Part shown: positions 47,098 to 57,158 of the stretch, in pieces | How positions within the stretch are numbered: the stretch's first letter is position 1 | Layout: each line of letters starts with the position of its first letter | Source: Pseudomonadota bacterium | GTDB taxonomy: Bacteria; Desulfobacterota; Binatia; Binatales; Binataceae | Length of the DNA stretch: 64,000 nt | Direction of reading: 5' to 3' | Assembly: GCA_021325355.1 (NCBI GenBank) | Contig: JAJPHI010000009.1 | Coordinates: 387,144-451,143 of the forward strand | Made by a program: the position numbers and the translations under genes | Notes under the pieces: generated by a model | Seen by the model: the letters and a program-made list of their open reading frames with translations, nothing else | The model's database searches: none | What the model was told of the DNA's origin: nothing

Positions 47098-48585
47098 CTA
47101 ACGCGCGAAGGCGGTGGCCTGGGCTGGCGGCCCTGCCGCCGCCGCGAAAGCATCGCGCGCGGCATTCATATATGGAGTCGGTGCGATACCGATAAGGACC
47201 ACGGCCAAGGCCGCGATGGCAACCCCGATCAGTACCCCGGGGCTCGCCCCCGATGGCTCAATCTCCGGGGTCCCCTCCTGCATGTACATCGCGACGATCA
47301 CCCCGATGTAGTAATAGGCGGAGATCGCGCTGTTGATCACCGCAATTACCACCAGCGGGACGTGGCCACTATCGACCGCGGCGGCAAAGACATAAAGCTT
47401 GCCGACGAAGCCGGCCAGCGGCGGCACTCCGGTCAGCGACAGCATGAAGAGGGTCATCGCCGCCGCGAGTCCCGGACGGGTTTGGGCGAGCCCGCGATAA
47501 TCCGCGATCCGGAGCCCGGCCGTCGCGCGCCGCTCGAGCACGATCACGACGGCAAACGCCCCCAGCGTCGCGAAGGCATAGGCGACCAGATAGTAAAGCA
47601 CCGCCGCCGCCGAGCCTGCCGCCGTCATCCCGACGAGCGCATAGCCCGCATGCGCGATCGCGGAATAGGCGAGCATCCGCTTGATATTGTCCTGGACCAG
47701 CGCGACCACGTTGCCGACCGTCATGGTCAGCGCCGCCAGCACCCAGAGGACGCCGCTCCACTGCGCCGCCGCCGGCCCGAGATAGATCATGAAGACGCGC
47801 ACGAAGCTCGCGAACGCCGCGAGCTTGACGCCGGTCGCCATAAAAGCGGTGATCGGCGTCGGCGCACCCTCATAAGCGTCCGGGGTCCAGGCGTGAAACG
47901 GCGCCGCGGCAACCTTGAAGCCGAAGCCAATCACCATCAGCCCGACCCCCAGCTCGAGGTAGGGTTGTGACGCCGCCCGCGCGACGATCGCGGCGCGGAT
48001 ACCGTCAAGATGGACCGTGCCGGTCGCGCCGTAAATCAGTGCGATACCGTAGAGCAGGAAACCGGTGGAAAAGGCGCCGAGCAGGAAGTACTTCAGCGCG
48101 GCCTCGCTCGAGCGCGCTTCGCGCCGCACGAAGCCGGCCAGCGCATACACCGCGATCGACATCGTTTCGAGACCGAGGAAAACGATGATCAGATCGCCCG
48201 CCGCCGCCATCAGCATCATGCCGAGCACGGCAAACAGGACGAGGCTGTAGTATTCCGCGCCGGCGAGCCCGTTGTCGGCGGCGTAGTCGAGCGAAAGCGC
48301 CACGCTTATCGCCGCCGCGGCCTGAATGACGATTTCGAAAAAGGCCGTGTAATCGTCCGTCAGCAGCGCCCCGCCGAAGGCCTCGGCGTTGACGCCGATC
48401 GTGAAGAGGGTGCAGACGAAACTGACCAGCAACACCCCCAGCGCGAGGATTCCTAGCCCCGCGCTGTCCTCGTCCTCGAGCCGCACACCGACCAGCAGAA
48501 TGATTGCGGCGCCGACCGCCACGGCGATAAGCGGCAGCAGCGGCAGCCACGCGAAACCCAGGTTGGCGAGATTCAAGGTGTTCAT
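47098..48585 (-). CDS. nuoN: NADH-quinone oxidoreductase subunit N
   Basis: 14-TM antiporter-like subunit. N-terminus 'MNTLNLANLGFAWLPLLPLIAV'. Position after nuoM. Confidence 0.85.
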   Translation of the reverse strand: MNTLNLANLGFAWLPLLPLIAVAVGAAIILLVGVRLEDEDSAGLGILALGVLLVSFVCTLFTIGVNAEAFGGALLTDDYTAFFEIVIQAAAAISVALSLDYAADNGLAGAEYYSLVLFAVLGMMLMAAAGDLIIVFLGLETMSIAVYALAGFVRREARSSEAALKYFLLGAFSTGFLLYGIALIYGATGTVHLDGIRAAIVARAASQPYLELGVGLMVIGFGFKVAAAPFHAWTPDAYEGAPTPITAFMATGVKLAAFASFVRVFMIYLGPAAAQWSGVLWVLAALTMTVGNVVALVQDNIKRMLAYSAIAHAGYALVGMTAAGSAAAVLYYLVAYAFATLGAFAVVIVLERRATAGLRIADYRGLAQTRPGLAAAMTLFMLSLTGVPPLAGFVGKLYVFAAAVDSGHVPLVVIAVINSAISAYYYIGVIVAMYMQEGTPEIEPSGASPGVLIGVAIAALAVVLIGIAPTPYMNAARDAFAAAAGPPAQATAFAR

Positions 48586-50141
48586 TGACGGGCGAGCATC
48601 CTCGACGGCGCCGGGCGCCGGGCCAGCGGCACAGGAGCCTGCGCTTCAGCCTGCATCGCCACGGCCGCATCGACGCGGTTGATCACCCCGGCGACCGACG
48701 GCTCGATCCGCCGCAGCAGCGGGCGCGGATAGAGACCCATGAACAGGATGAGCGCGATCAGCGGGACCATCACGGCGATTTCGCGCGCCGTCAGATCGGC
48801 GAGCGTGGCATTGACGGCATGCGTGATCGGTCCCCACATCACGCGTTCATAGGCCCACATCATGTACAGCGCGCCGAGGATTACCCCGATCACCGCGAAG
48901 TACACCGCCAGCCGGAATTTCAGAAAAGTGCCGAGCAGGACCAGGAACTCGCCGACGAAGCCATTCAGCCCCGGCAATCCGATCGAGGACAACATAATGA
49001 ACATGAAGATCGCCGCATAAACCGGAATACTCTTCCAGAGCCCGCCGAAATCCGCGATCTCGCGGGTATGCCGGCGCAGGTAGAGCATCCCGACCAGCAA
49101 AAACAGCGCGCCGGTCGAAAGTCCGTGGTTGAGCATCTGATAGACCGCACCATCGACGCCGGTCGGATCGAGGGCGAAGATGCCGAGCATCACGAAACCC
49201 AGATGGCTCACCGAAGAGTACGCGATAAGTCGCTTCAGGTCCGGCTGCACCATCGCCACCAGCGCGCCATAGATGATGCCGACCACGGCCAGCGCGAGAA
49301 ACCACGGCGCCGCCTCAACCGCGACGACCGGAAAGAGCGGAATGGCGAAGCGCAGAAACCCGTAGGTGCCCATCTTGAGCATGATGCCGGCGAGGATCAC
49401 CGAACCGGCGGTCGGCGCTTCGGTATGTGCGTCGGGCAGCCAGGTATGCACCGGCCACACCGGCACCTTGATCGCAAAGGCGATAGCGAAGCCGGCAAAC
49501 AACCATCGCGCCTCGGTCGCCGACAGCGGCACCCGGTACAGCGCCGGCAGATCGAAGGTCAGATTGTCGAGGCGCGCATGCGCCGCGGCCGCCAGATAGA
49601 GCATCGCCACCAGCATCAGCAGCGATCCGAACATCGTGAAGAGGACGAATTTGAACGTCGCGTAGAGCTTGCGGCCGTGACCCCAGATGCCGATCAGGAA
49701 GTACATCGGCACCAGCATCACTTCCCAAAAGACGTAAAAGAGGATCAGGTCGAGCGCGAGCAGCGCGCCCAACAGACCGGTCTCGAGCACCAGCACGAGG
49801 AAACAGAACTCGCGGGCGCGCATCGCGATATCGCCGCCGCCCGAATACAGCAGCGACAGCGTTATCAGCACGGTGGTCAGAATCACCAGGAACAGGCTGA
49901 TCCCGTCGATACCCAGATGGTAGGAGATGCCGAACTGCGGAATCCAGGCGTAGTGTTCGACGAACTGGTAGTCCGCCCGGCCCGGTTCGAACGCCACCAG
50001 GAGATAGAGGCTCAGGGCCAGCGGCACGAGCGAAAAGATGAACGCCGAACGCCAGACGACTTCATCGTCGTCGGGCAGCAGCATCAGCGCGCCCGCCCCC
50101 AGCAAGGGCACGAAAACCAGGATGGTCAGCGCGAAGCTCAT
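48582..50141 (-). CDS. nuoM: NADH-quinone oxidoreductase subunit M
   Basis: Antiporter-like subunit with conserved 'WLPDAHTEAPTAGSVILAGI' motif. Confidence 0.9.
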   Translation of the reverse strand: MSFALTILVFVPLLGAGALMLLPDDDEVVWRSAFIFSLVPLALSLYLLVAFEPGRADYQFVEHYAWIPQFGISYHLGIDGISLFLVILTTVLITLSLLYSGGGDIAMRAREFCFLVLVLETGLLGALLALDLILFYVFWEVMLVPMYFLIGIWGHGRKLYATFKFVLFTMFGSLLMLVAMLYLAAAAHARLDNLTFDLPALYRVPLSATEARWLFAGFAIAFAIKVPVWPVHTWLPDAHTEAPTAGSVILAGIMLKMGTYGFLRFAIPLFPVVAVEAAPWFLALAVVGIIYGALVAMVQPDLKRLIAYSSVSHLGFVMLGIFALDPTGVDGAVYQMLNHGLSTGALFLLVGMLYLRRHTREIADFGGLWKSIPVYAAIFMFIMLSSIGLPGLNGFVGEFLVLLGTFLKFRLAVYFAVIGVILGALYMMWAYERVMWGPITHAVNATLADLTAREIAVMVPLIALILFMGLYPRPLLRRIEPSVAGVINRVDAAVAMQAEAQAPVPLARRPAPSRMLARQ

Positions 50142-52060
50142 CGGATCACGACTCGATAAAGGTAGTACGCGCCGATCCCCAGCGCGCCGCAGAGATAGAG
50201 CAGCGCATAATGCTGCACGTTGCCTGACTCGGTGCGGCGCAATTCCTCGCCGCCTTCGAGCAGGGTCAGGCCGGTGCCGTTGACCAGCCCGTCGATCACC
50301 GCGCCGTCAACGCCGCGATGAAGCACGTAGGCGGCGACCCAGAAGAGCGGCCGCGCGATCACCGCGTTGTAGAGCTCATCGACGTAGTATTTGTGCCGCA
50401 ACAGCGAATCGAGCAGCCGTGCCTTGTAGGCTACCAGCACCGGCAGCCCCGGCATCTGCGCGTAGCACACCACTGCCGCCGCCACGCCGACGATCGGTAT
50501 CGCGATCATCACCAGAGCGAGACCGCTTCCCGGCGTCGCCAGCTCCGCGCCCGGAGGGATGACCACCGGGGCGAGGAAGCGATTGAAAGCCTCGCCCCAG
50601 AGGAAGCCCCTCGGCAGCCCCACCCAGCCCCCGCCGACCGAGAGCAGCGCCAGCACGATAAGCGGCACGGTCATAACCGCCGGCGCATCGTGCAGATGGG
50701 CCGCCTTCGACGGCTCGACGCGGGATTCCCCATAGAAGGTCAGGATGATCAGGCGGAAGATATAAAACGCCGTCAATCCGGCGGTGATTACGCCGATTAG
50801 CCACAGCGTCGGATGACCCGACGCAAAGGTCGCCTCGAGAATCTGGTCCTTCGAGAAATACCCGGCAAACGGCGGGATACCGCTGATCGCCAGCGCCGCC
50901 GTCAGCATCGTCAGCCACGTGATCGGCATCGATCCGCGCAGCCCGCCCATCCGGCCCATCTCCTGCTCGCCGTCGAGCTCGTGAATGATCGCGCCGGCGC
51001 ACAGAAACAGCAGCGCCTTGAAGAAGGCGTGCGTCATCAGATGGAAGATGCCGGCGCTGAAGGCGCCCACGCCCGCCCCGAGCATCATGTAGCCGATCTG
51101 ACTGATCGTCGAATAGGCCAGCACGCGCTTGATATCGGTCTGCACCATCGCGATCGTGGCGGCAAAGAACGCCGTCACCGCGCCTACCACCGCCACCACC
51201 GTCAGCGCCGCCGGCGCGAGGGTGAAGAGAAAGCCGAGGCGCGTCACCATGTAGACGCCCGCCGTGACCATCGTCGCGGCATGGATAAGCGCGCTGACCG
51301 GAGTCGGCCCGACCATCGCGTCGGGCAGCCATACGTAGAGCGGGATTTGCGCCGATTTCCCTGTTGCGCCAAGAAAGAGCAGCAGCGCCGCCGCTGTCGC
51401 GTACGGTTGCAGGAGCGCCGCCTGATGGCTCATGCCGGCGAACGTGACCGTCCATACCCCGCCGCGAGCGAGCGCATAGACGATCGTGAAGATGCCGAGC
51501 AGGAAACCCGCATCGCCGACGCGATTGACGATAAACGCCTTGCGGCCGTTGTAGGCGTATTCAGGGTTGGTGTACCAGAAGGCAATCAGCAGGTAGGAAC
51601 AAAGCCCGACGCCCTCCCAGCCGACGAACATCACCACGAGGTTGTCCGCCAGAACCAGGATCAGCATCGACGCGGTAAACAGGTTCATGTAGGTGAAGAA
51701 CCGCGCGTAGTCCTCGTCGTGCCCCATGTAGCCGACGGAGTAGACGTGGATCAGCGCGCCGACGCCGGTCACGACCAGGCACATAATCGCCGTCAGCGCA
51801 TCGAAGCGCAGCGCCATCTCGACGTGAAAAGGTCCGGCGGCGATCCAGCGCCAGGCGGCAAACCTGAGCGCCCCGCCGGCCGGCAGACTCACGAGCCGCG
51901 CCAGCGACCATACCGACACCGCGAAGGCGAGTCCCACCACGCCGGGGGCGACGACGTTCACCGCGCGCCGCCCACCGCGGCGCCCGCCGAACAGGGCAAA
52001 GAGGACGCCGCCGAGCGGTAGCAGCGGGATTAACCCGAGCGGCCAGAACTGCTGTGTCAT
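50138..52060 (-). CDS. nuoL: NADH-quinone oxidoreductase subunit L
   Basis: 640 aa. 'WLPDAMVGPTPVSALIHAATMVTAGVYM' conserved motif and long C-terminal amphipathic helix region. Confidence 0.9.
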   Translation of the reverse strand: MTQQFWPLGLIPLLPLGGVLFALFGGRRGGRRAVNVVAPGVVGLAFAVSVWSLARLVSLPAGGALRFAAWRWIAAGPFHVEMALRFDALTAIMCLVVTGVGALIHVYSVGYMGHDEDYARFFTYMNLFTASMLILVLADNLVVMFVGWEGVGLCSYLLIAFWYTNPEYAYNGRKAFIVNRVGDAGFLLGIFTIVYALARGGVWTVTFAGMSHQAALLQPYATAAALLLFLGATGKSAQIPLYVWLPDAMVGPTPVSALIHAATMVTAGVYMVTRLGFLFTLAPAALTVVAVVGAVTAFFAATIAMVQTDIKRVLAYSTISQIGYMMLGAGVGAFSAGIFHLMTHAFFKALLFLCAGAIIHELDGEQEMGRMGGLRGSMPITWLTMLTAALAISGIPPFAGYFSKDQILEATFASGHPTLWLIGVITAGLTAFYIFRLIILTFYGESRVEPSKAAHLHDAPAVMTVPLIVLALLSVGGGWVGLPRGFLWGEAFNRFLAPVVIPPGAELATPGSGLALVMIAIPIVGVAAAVVCYAQMPGLPVLVAYKARLLDSLLRHKYYVDELYNAVIARPLFWVAAYVLHRGVDGAVIDGLVNGTGLTLLEGGEELRRTESGNVQHYALLYLCGALGIGAYYLYRVVIR

Positions 52061-52101
52061 TCGGATGACCTCTAGCGTGCCTCGTCAATCAGCGTGCCGC
52101 G

Positions 52102-52404
52102 TTACCAGCGCAACAGCTTCAGCTCATCCGCATTGAGCGTCATCCGATTGCGGAACACGGCAATGATGATGCCGAGACCGACGGCGGCCTCGGCCGCCGC
52201 AACGGTGATCGCAAAGAAGACGATCACCTGCCCCTCGGCATTGCCGAGCTGGCGACCAAACGCGACGAAAGCAAGATTGACGGCATTCAGCATCAGTTCG
52301 ATGGACATGAACATGACAATCACGTTGCGGCGCAGCAGCACGCCGGCGACGCCGATCACGAACAACACGGCGCTCAGCACGACGAAGTAGTTAAGCGGCG
52401 TCAT
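52102..52404 (-). CDS. nuoK: NADH-quinone oxidoreductase subunit K
   Basis: 100 aa '[49 protein letters not shown]...'. It is the C-terminal part of the over-extended ORF 52102-53475. Confidence 0.9.
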   Translation of the reverse strand: MTPLNYFVVLSAVLFVIGVAGVLLRRNVIVMFMSIELMLNAVNLAFVAFGRQLGNAEGQVIVFFAITVAAAEAAVGLGIIIAVFRNRMTLNADELKLLRW

Positions 52405-52955
52405 CCCGCGGCGCTCCGCAGACGGTCGGCGACGTCCGACGGCGGCGCCGCGACGGCATTGGTGCCGGGAATTCGGCGCGCCAGACCAATCGCTCCAACC
52501 ATCGCCGCCAGCAGCAATGCCGACGTCACTTCGAACGCCACGAGGTAGTTGGCAAAGAGCAGTCGCGCGAGACTGCGCAGCGATCCGTAATCGACCGGCA
52601 GCGGCGCCGCGGGCGCCGGCCCGGCATGAACCAGCAGCGCGCACAGCTCGGCACCCAGCGCCGCCGCGGCCAGCGTGCCGATAACCTTCAGGCCGATACG
52701 CTCGGTCGCGAGCCCCTCGCGCTGCAGGTTGAGCAGCCAGATGACGAACAGGAACAGCACCATGATCGCGCCGACATAGATGATTATCTGCAGAAAGCCC
52801 AGCGCCTCGGCGCCGAGCCCGATGAACAGCGCCCCGATATCCAGCAGCGCCAGCGCCAGCGCCAGCAGACAATGCACCGGATGGCGCTGCAGGATGACCC
52901 CCAGCGCACTCACCACCGCGATAATGGCGAAAAACGCGAACAGCCAGAGCGGCAT
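52401..52955 (-). CDS. nuoJ: NADH-quinone oxidoreductase subunit J
   Basis: '[35 protein letters not shown]' NuoJ/ND6-like. Confidence 0.85.
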   Translation of the reverse strand: MPLWLFAFFAIIAVVSALGVILQRHPVHCLLALALALLDIGALFIGLGAEALGFLQIIIYVGAIMVLFLFVIWLLNLQREGLATERIGLKVIGTLAAAALGAELCALLVHAGPAPAAPLPVDYGSLRSLARLLFANYLVAFEVTSALLLAAMVGAIGLARRIPGTNAVAAPPSDVADRLRSAAG

Positions 52956-52958
52956 CCC

Positions 52959-54077
52959 TCAGCGCCCTCCGACGGCGACGACCACGAAGGCGGTGACGAC
53001 GAGATTGAGCAGACCCAGCGGCAGCAGCCCCTTCCAGCCGAGACCCATGAGCTGGTCGTAACGCAGGCGCGGCAGGGTCCAGCGCACGAGAATCTGCAGG
53101 AGACAGAAGAACAGGGTTTTCACCCAAAACGCGATGATCTGCAGAATCGCCACCGCATAGTTCGGCAGCGCGAGGAACGCCCCGTGCGGACCGGGAAAGT
53201 GAAACCCGTCGGCATACAGCCATGGCACCTGCCATCCGCCGAAGAAGAACAGCGTGATCAGCACCGACACCAGCACCACCTCGGCGAAATCGGTCATCAT
53301 GAAGACCGCCTGCTTGCCGCCCGAGTACTCGGTGAAATACCCGGCGACCAGCTCCGACTCGCCCTCCGGCAGATCGAACGGCACCCGTTTGGACTCGGCA
53401 ATCCCCGCGACCAGCAGCAGGATGAACGATACCGGCTGCAGCACGATACCCCAGCGCGGCAGCCATCCGAACCATACCCCGCCCTGCATCCGGCAGATAG
53501 TCTGTAGGTCGACCGTGCCGTAGGTCACGACGACGGCGAGGATCGCGAGCCCCATGGCCATTTCATACGAAATCATCTGGGCGCTGGCGCGGATACCGCC
53601 GAGCAGCGCCCAGCGATTATTCGAGGCCCATCCGCCCAGCGCCACGCCGTAAACCCCCACCCCCAGCACCGCCAGCACGTAAAGCGCGGCCGCCGGCAGA
53701 TTCGCCGCCTGCAGCGTGATCGTGCGGGAACCGATACGCAGAACGTCGCCGATCGGCACCACGGCGAAGGTCACCAGCACCGGAAACAGCGCGAGAAAGG
53801 GCGCCAACGAGTGCAACACTCGATCAGCGCCCGCCGGCACGAAGTCCTCCTTGGTGAACAGCTTGATCGGGTCGGCGATAAGCGTGTTGATAAGGCCGAG
53901 ATTCGGCAGCCCCATCCGCCGACCCACTCCGAAGATCGCCGCGCGGTTGGCGCCGATCCGATCCTGGATCAACGCCGCCCCCTTGCGCTCGAACCACAGC
54001 ATCGAACCCGTCACGTTCAGGACGAGCAGCAGCACCACGAGCGCCTTGACCGCGCCGATTACGAGCTCAATCGCCAC
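52959..54077 (-). CDS. nuoH: NADH-quinone oxidoreductase subunit H
   Basis: '[30 protein letters not shown]...GLLQILADGIKL-like' NuoH/ND1 signature and 8 TM segments. Confidence 0.9.
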   Translation of the reverse strand: MAIELVIGAVKALVVLLLVLNVTGSMLWFERKGAALIQDRIGANRAAIFGVGRRMGLPNLGLINTLIADPIKLFTKEDFVPAGADRVLHSLAPFLALFPVLVTFAVVPIGDVLRIGSRTITLQAANLPAAALYVLAVLGVGVYGVALGGWASNNRWALLGGIRASAQMISYEMAMGLAILAVVVTYGTVDLQTICRMQGGVWFGWLPRWGIVLQPVSFILLLVAGIAESKRVPFDLPEGESELVAGYFTEYSGGKQAVFMMTDFAEVVLVSVLITLFFFGGWQVPWLYADGFHFPGPHGAFLALPNYAVAILQIIAFWVKTLFFCLLQILVRWTLPRLRYDQLMGLGWKGLLPLGLLNLVVTAFVVVAVGGR

Positions 54078-54292
54078 AGGCGCCTCGACGGGACGGCCTC
54101 CGGCTCAGGTGACGGCGGGTTACCAAGGGCAGTCCTCCATGGTGGTCAAATCGGATGAGCTGAAACCCTGATACTGGTAACTGAAATTATTCGTGCATGC
54201 CAGTCCCGCCGTCCGGAAAATCCGCGCGGGCTGCTATGCTCTATCGTGGACCGCAGCGGCGGTGGCGACCGCGGCGACAGGCGGCGATAGTT

Positions 54293-54898
54293 ATGCGACT
54301 GATTGCCGGACATGAGCATGGCAGGCGCTTGCGCGCACCACGTGGGACGACCACCCGTCCGGCGACGGCCCGCGTCCGTGCCTCGATTTTCTCCCGTCTC
54401 GCCGCCCGTCGCGAGCTCGCCGCGACCGCCGTGCTCGACCTTTTCGCCGGCAGCGGATCGCTCGGCCTCGAAGCGCTTTCGCGCGGCGCCGCCTCGGCCG
54501 TCTTCGTCGATTCCTCGCGCGCGGCGGCTGCCGCCATCAGCGACAATCTTGAGCGCCTCGGCCTCGCCCCGCGCGGTCGCGTCCTGACGGCGGACTGGCA
54601 GGCGGCGCTGCTCCGCCTGGCCCGCGAGCGTGCCACCTTCGACCTGGTTTTCCTTGATCCGCCGTTCGCCGCCGATTATGCCCTCGCAGCGCTTGCCAAA
54701 CTGGCGGCTCTGGAACTATTAAAGCCGGACGGAATCGTGACCGCACACACATACTATCGAACGCCGGTCCTGAGTGTCCCGGGCTTTGAAGTGCTGAGCA
54801 GCGCGCGGCTGGGCGATCATCGCGTCGCCCTTTACCGACTCGCCCCCGCGGCGGTCGCTTTGGATGGTAAACAATCGCATGCCGAACAGAACCGCTGA
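54293..54898 (+). CDS. rsmD: 16S rRNA (guanine966-N2)-methyltransferase
   Basis: 'RPTTARVRASIFSRL...VLDLFAGSGSLGLEALSRGA...FDLVFLDPPF' RsmD motifs. Followed by coaD as in many genomes. Confidence 0.85.
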   Translation: MRLIAGHEHGRRLRAPRGTTTRPATARVRASIFSRLAARRELAATAVLDLFAGSGSLGLEALSRGAASAVFVDSSRAAAAAISDNLERLGLAPRGRVLTADWQAALLRLARERATFDLVFLDPPFAADYALAALAKLAALELLKPDGIVTAHTYYRTPVLSVPGFEVLSSARLGDHRVALYRLAPAAVALDGKQSHAEQNR

Positions 54899-55394
54899 AC
54901 AGGCGCATCTTGTCGCTATTTACCCTGGCAGCTTCGACCCGATCCACTTCGGGCACATCGACGTTATCCGGCGGAGTATCGCCATCTTTGACGAAGTAAT
55001 CGTCGCTGTCGCCTACAATCCGCATAAGGATTCGGCGCTGTTTACCCCCGACGAGCGCGTCGAGATGATCCGCGAAAGTATCCGCGACCTCGAACCGCGC
55101 GCGCGCGTCGATAAGTTCAGCGGCCTCAGCGTCGACTACGCCGAGCGGATCGGCGCCCGCGTCATCATCCGCAGCCTCCGCGCCGTCACCGACTTCGACT
55201 ACGAGCTGCAGATGACCCACATGAACAAGCAGATGAAGGAGACCGTCGAGACGGTTTTCCTGTTTGCCAATCCGAAGCTGTTCTTTACCGCCTCGCGGCT
55301 CATCAAGGAGGTCGCCGGCTACGGCAAACGCCTGCCCGACCTGGTGCCCGAACCGGTAATGAATCGGCTGCGGATCAAGCTCAAGGTCGATTGA
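54879..55394 (+). CDS. coaD: Phosphopantetheine adenylyltransferase
   Basis: 'VAIYPGSFDPIHFGHIDVIRRS' nucleotidyltransferase (H/T)xGH motif. Start chosen at Met 54879. ORF track starts at 54864. Confidence 0.85.
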   Translation: MPNRTAEQAHLVAIYPGSFDPIHFGHIDVIRRSIAIFDEVIVAVAYNPHKDSALFTPDERVEMIRESIRDLEPRARVDKFSGLSVDYAERIGARVIIRSLRAVTDFDYELQMTHMNKQMKETVETVFLFANPKLFFTASRLIKEVAGYGKRLPDLVPEPVMNRLRIKLKVD

Positions 55395-55480
55395 GCCGCC
55401 GCCGCGCCGTCGCAGTTTCGCCGTCACCGACGAGTCGATAAGATAGGCGCGCGCTCGCCGCTGAGAGCGGGCGAAGCCCC

Positions 55481-56680
55481 ATGATCAAGCTCAATCGCCG
55501 CATCGCTGCAATCAAACCTTCCGCCACGATGGCCGCCGAGGCGCGCGCCACCGAAATGAAGGCGGCCGGAATCGACGTCATCTCGCTGGCCGCCGGTGAA
55601 CCGGATTTCGATACTCCCGAGCATATCAAGGATGCGGCGCGGCGCGCCCTCGCCGAAGGCTTCACCCATTACACGCCGGTCAGCGGCACCATGGCGCTCA
55701 AACAGGCCATCTGCGCGAAGCTTGCCCGCGACAGCGGTCTCGCGTACGAGCCCGCGGAAATTCTCGCCTCGGCCGGCGCCAAGCAGGCCGAAGCCAACGT
55801 CATCGCGGCATTGTTCGACGAGGGCGACCAGGTCATCATCCCCACCCCGGCCTGGGTCAGCTTCGTCGCGATGGTCAACCTGAGCGGGGCCGAAGCGCTC
55901 CTGCTGCCGTGTCCCGAGAGCGATGCCTTTCAGCTCGATCCCGCGCGCCTGCGCGAGGTCCTCACGCCGCGCACCCGCGGCATCCTGCTCAACTCGCCGT
56001 CGAACCCGACCGGCGCGGTGTACTCCGCCGAACAACTGGCCGCGCTCGCCCGCGTGCTGCTCGAGCACGACCTCTGGATCATGTCCGACGACGTTTACGA
56101 GCACATGTCCTACGACGGCCCGGTGGCGCATCTGTTCGCGATCGAGCCGCGCCTCAAGCCCCGGGGCATCATTTTCAATTCGCTCTCGAAGACCTACGCG
56201 ATGACCGGCTGGCGCATCGGCTTTGCCGCCGGTCCGCGCGAAGTAATCACCGCGGCGTCGCGCCTGCAGAGCCAGAACAGCGGCAATCCCAATTCGCTCA
56301 CCCAGGTCGCCGCCATCGAGGCCCTGACCGGATCGCAGGCCGAAGTCGCCACGATGGTCGCCGAGTTCCGCGCCCGTCGTGAATTGACCGTCCGCCGCAT
56401 CCGTGCGCTGCCCGGCTTCCGCCTGCCTCACGTGCCTCAGGGCGCCTTCTATTGCTTCCCGAATATCTCGGCGCTGATCGGCGCGCGGCTCGACGGCCGC
56501 ACCGTCACCGACGGCAACGCGCTCGCCGATCTGATTCTCAACGAGGCGCAGGTCGCCCTGGTCGGCGGCAATGACTTCGGCGCGCCCGACCACGTGCGGA
56601 TCAGCTATGCGACCTCGATCGCCAACCTGAACCGCGCCTTCGATCGTATCGAAGGTCTGCTGAAGCGCCTCAGCGCCTGA
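55481..56680 (+). CDS. Aspartate/aromatic aminotransferase (PLP-dependent, class I)
   Basis: 'ISLAAGEPDFDTPEHIKDAA' and PLP-lysine region 'FNSLSKTYAMTGWRIGF'. Confidence 0.85.
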   Translation: MIKLNRRIAAIKPSATMAAEARATEMKAAGIDVISLAAGEPDFDTPEHIKDAARRALAEGFTHYTPVSGTMALKQAICAKLARDSGLAYEPAEILASAGAKQAEANVIAALFDEGDQVIIPTPAWVSFVAMVNLSGAEALLLPCPESDAFQLDPARLREVLTPRTRGILLNSPSNPTGAVYSAEQLAALARVLLEHDLWIMSDDVYEHMSYDGPVAHLFAIEPRLKPRGIIFNSLSKTYAMTGWRIGFAAGPREVITAASRLQSQNSGNPNSLTQVAAIEALTGSQAEVATMVAEFRARRELTVRRIRALPGFRLPHVPQGAFYCFPNISALIGARLDGRTVTDGNALADLILNEAQVALVGGNDFGAPDHVRISYATSIANLNRAFDRIEGLLKRLSA

Positions 56681-57107
56681 CCGGCAGCCGCGGGCGCGGC
56701 GGTCGCCCGCTCGCCCGATACTGCAGATAGTCGGCCAGAATCTCGGCATGGTCGAAGGCGAGCGGGGCCGGCGCCGCCGTCGGCTCGAAGAGTTCGGCTT
56801 CGCGCGCGTCGTCGGCGCCGACCGGCACGCCTTCCGCCCGCCCGACATAGACCACGCTGATAGTCTGACCGCGCGGGTCCCGATCGGGCCGCGAATAGAC
56901 GCCGAGCAGCGCCGAAAGTTCGACCTCCAAAGAGACCTCCTCGCGCATCTCGCGTAGCGCCGCCTCCTCGACCGTCTCGCCATAGTCAACGAAACCGCCC
57001 GGCAGCGCCCACCCTTCCGGGAAGTTCCGGCGGCGGATGAACACGATGCGCTCGCCCACTTCGATAATCACGTCGGTCGCGACCGGCGGCGTCTCAGGCT
57101 TGCTCAT
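56670..57107 (-). CDS. NUDIX hydrolase
   Basis: Nudix box 'GGFVDYGETVEEAALREMREEVSLEV'. Confidence 0.85.
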   Translation of the reverse strand: MSKPETPPVATDVIIEVGERIVFIRRRNFPEGWALPGGFVDYGETVEEAALREMREEVSLEVELSALLGVYSRPDRDPRGQTISVVYVGRAEGVPVGADDAREAELFEPTAAPAPLAFDHAEILADYLQYRASGRPPRPRLPVRR

Positions 57108-57158
57108 GCCGCGATCGTAGCAACCCGCCCTGCCCGACGCAGCCGCTCATCCGGTCGC

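Noticed and set aside
52102-53475. 457-aa minus-strand ORF spanning nuoK, nuoJ and part of nuoH
   Set aside because: Only the last 100 aa are NuoK. The rest is an alternative frame across nuoJ/nuoH, which are clearly encoded in their own frames.
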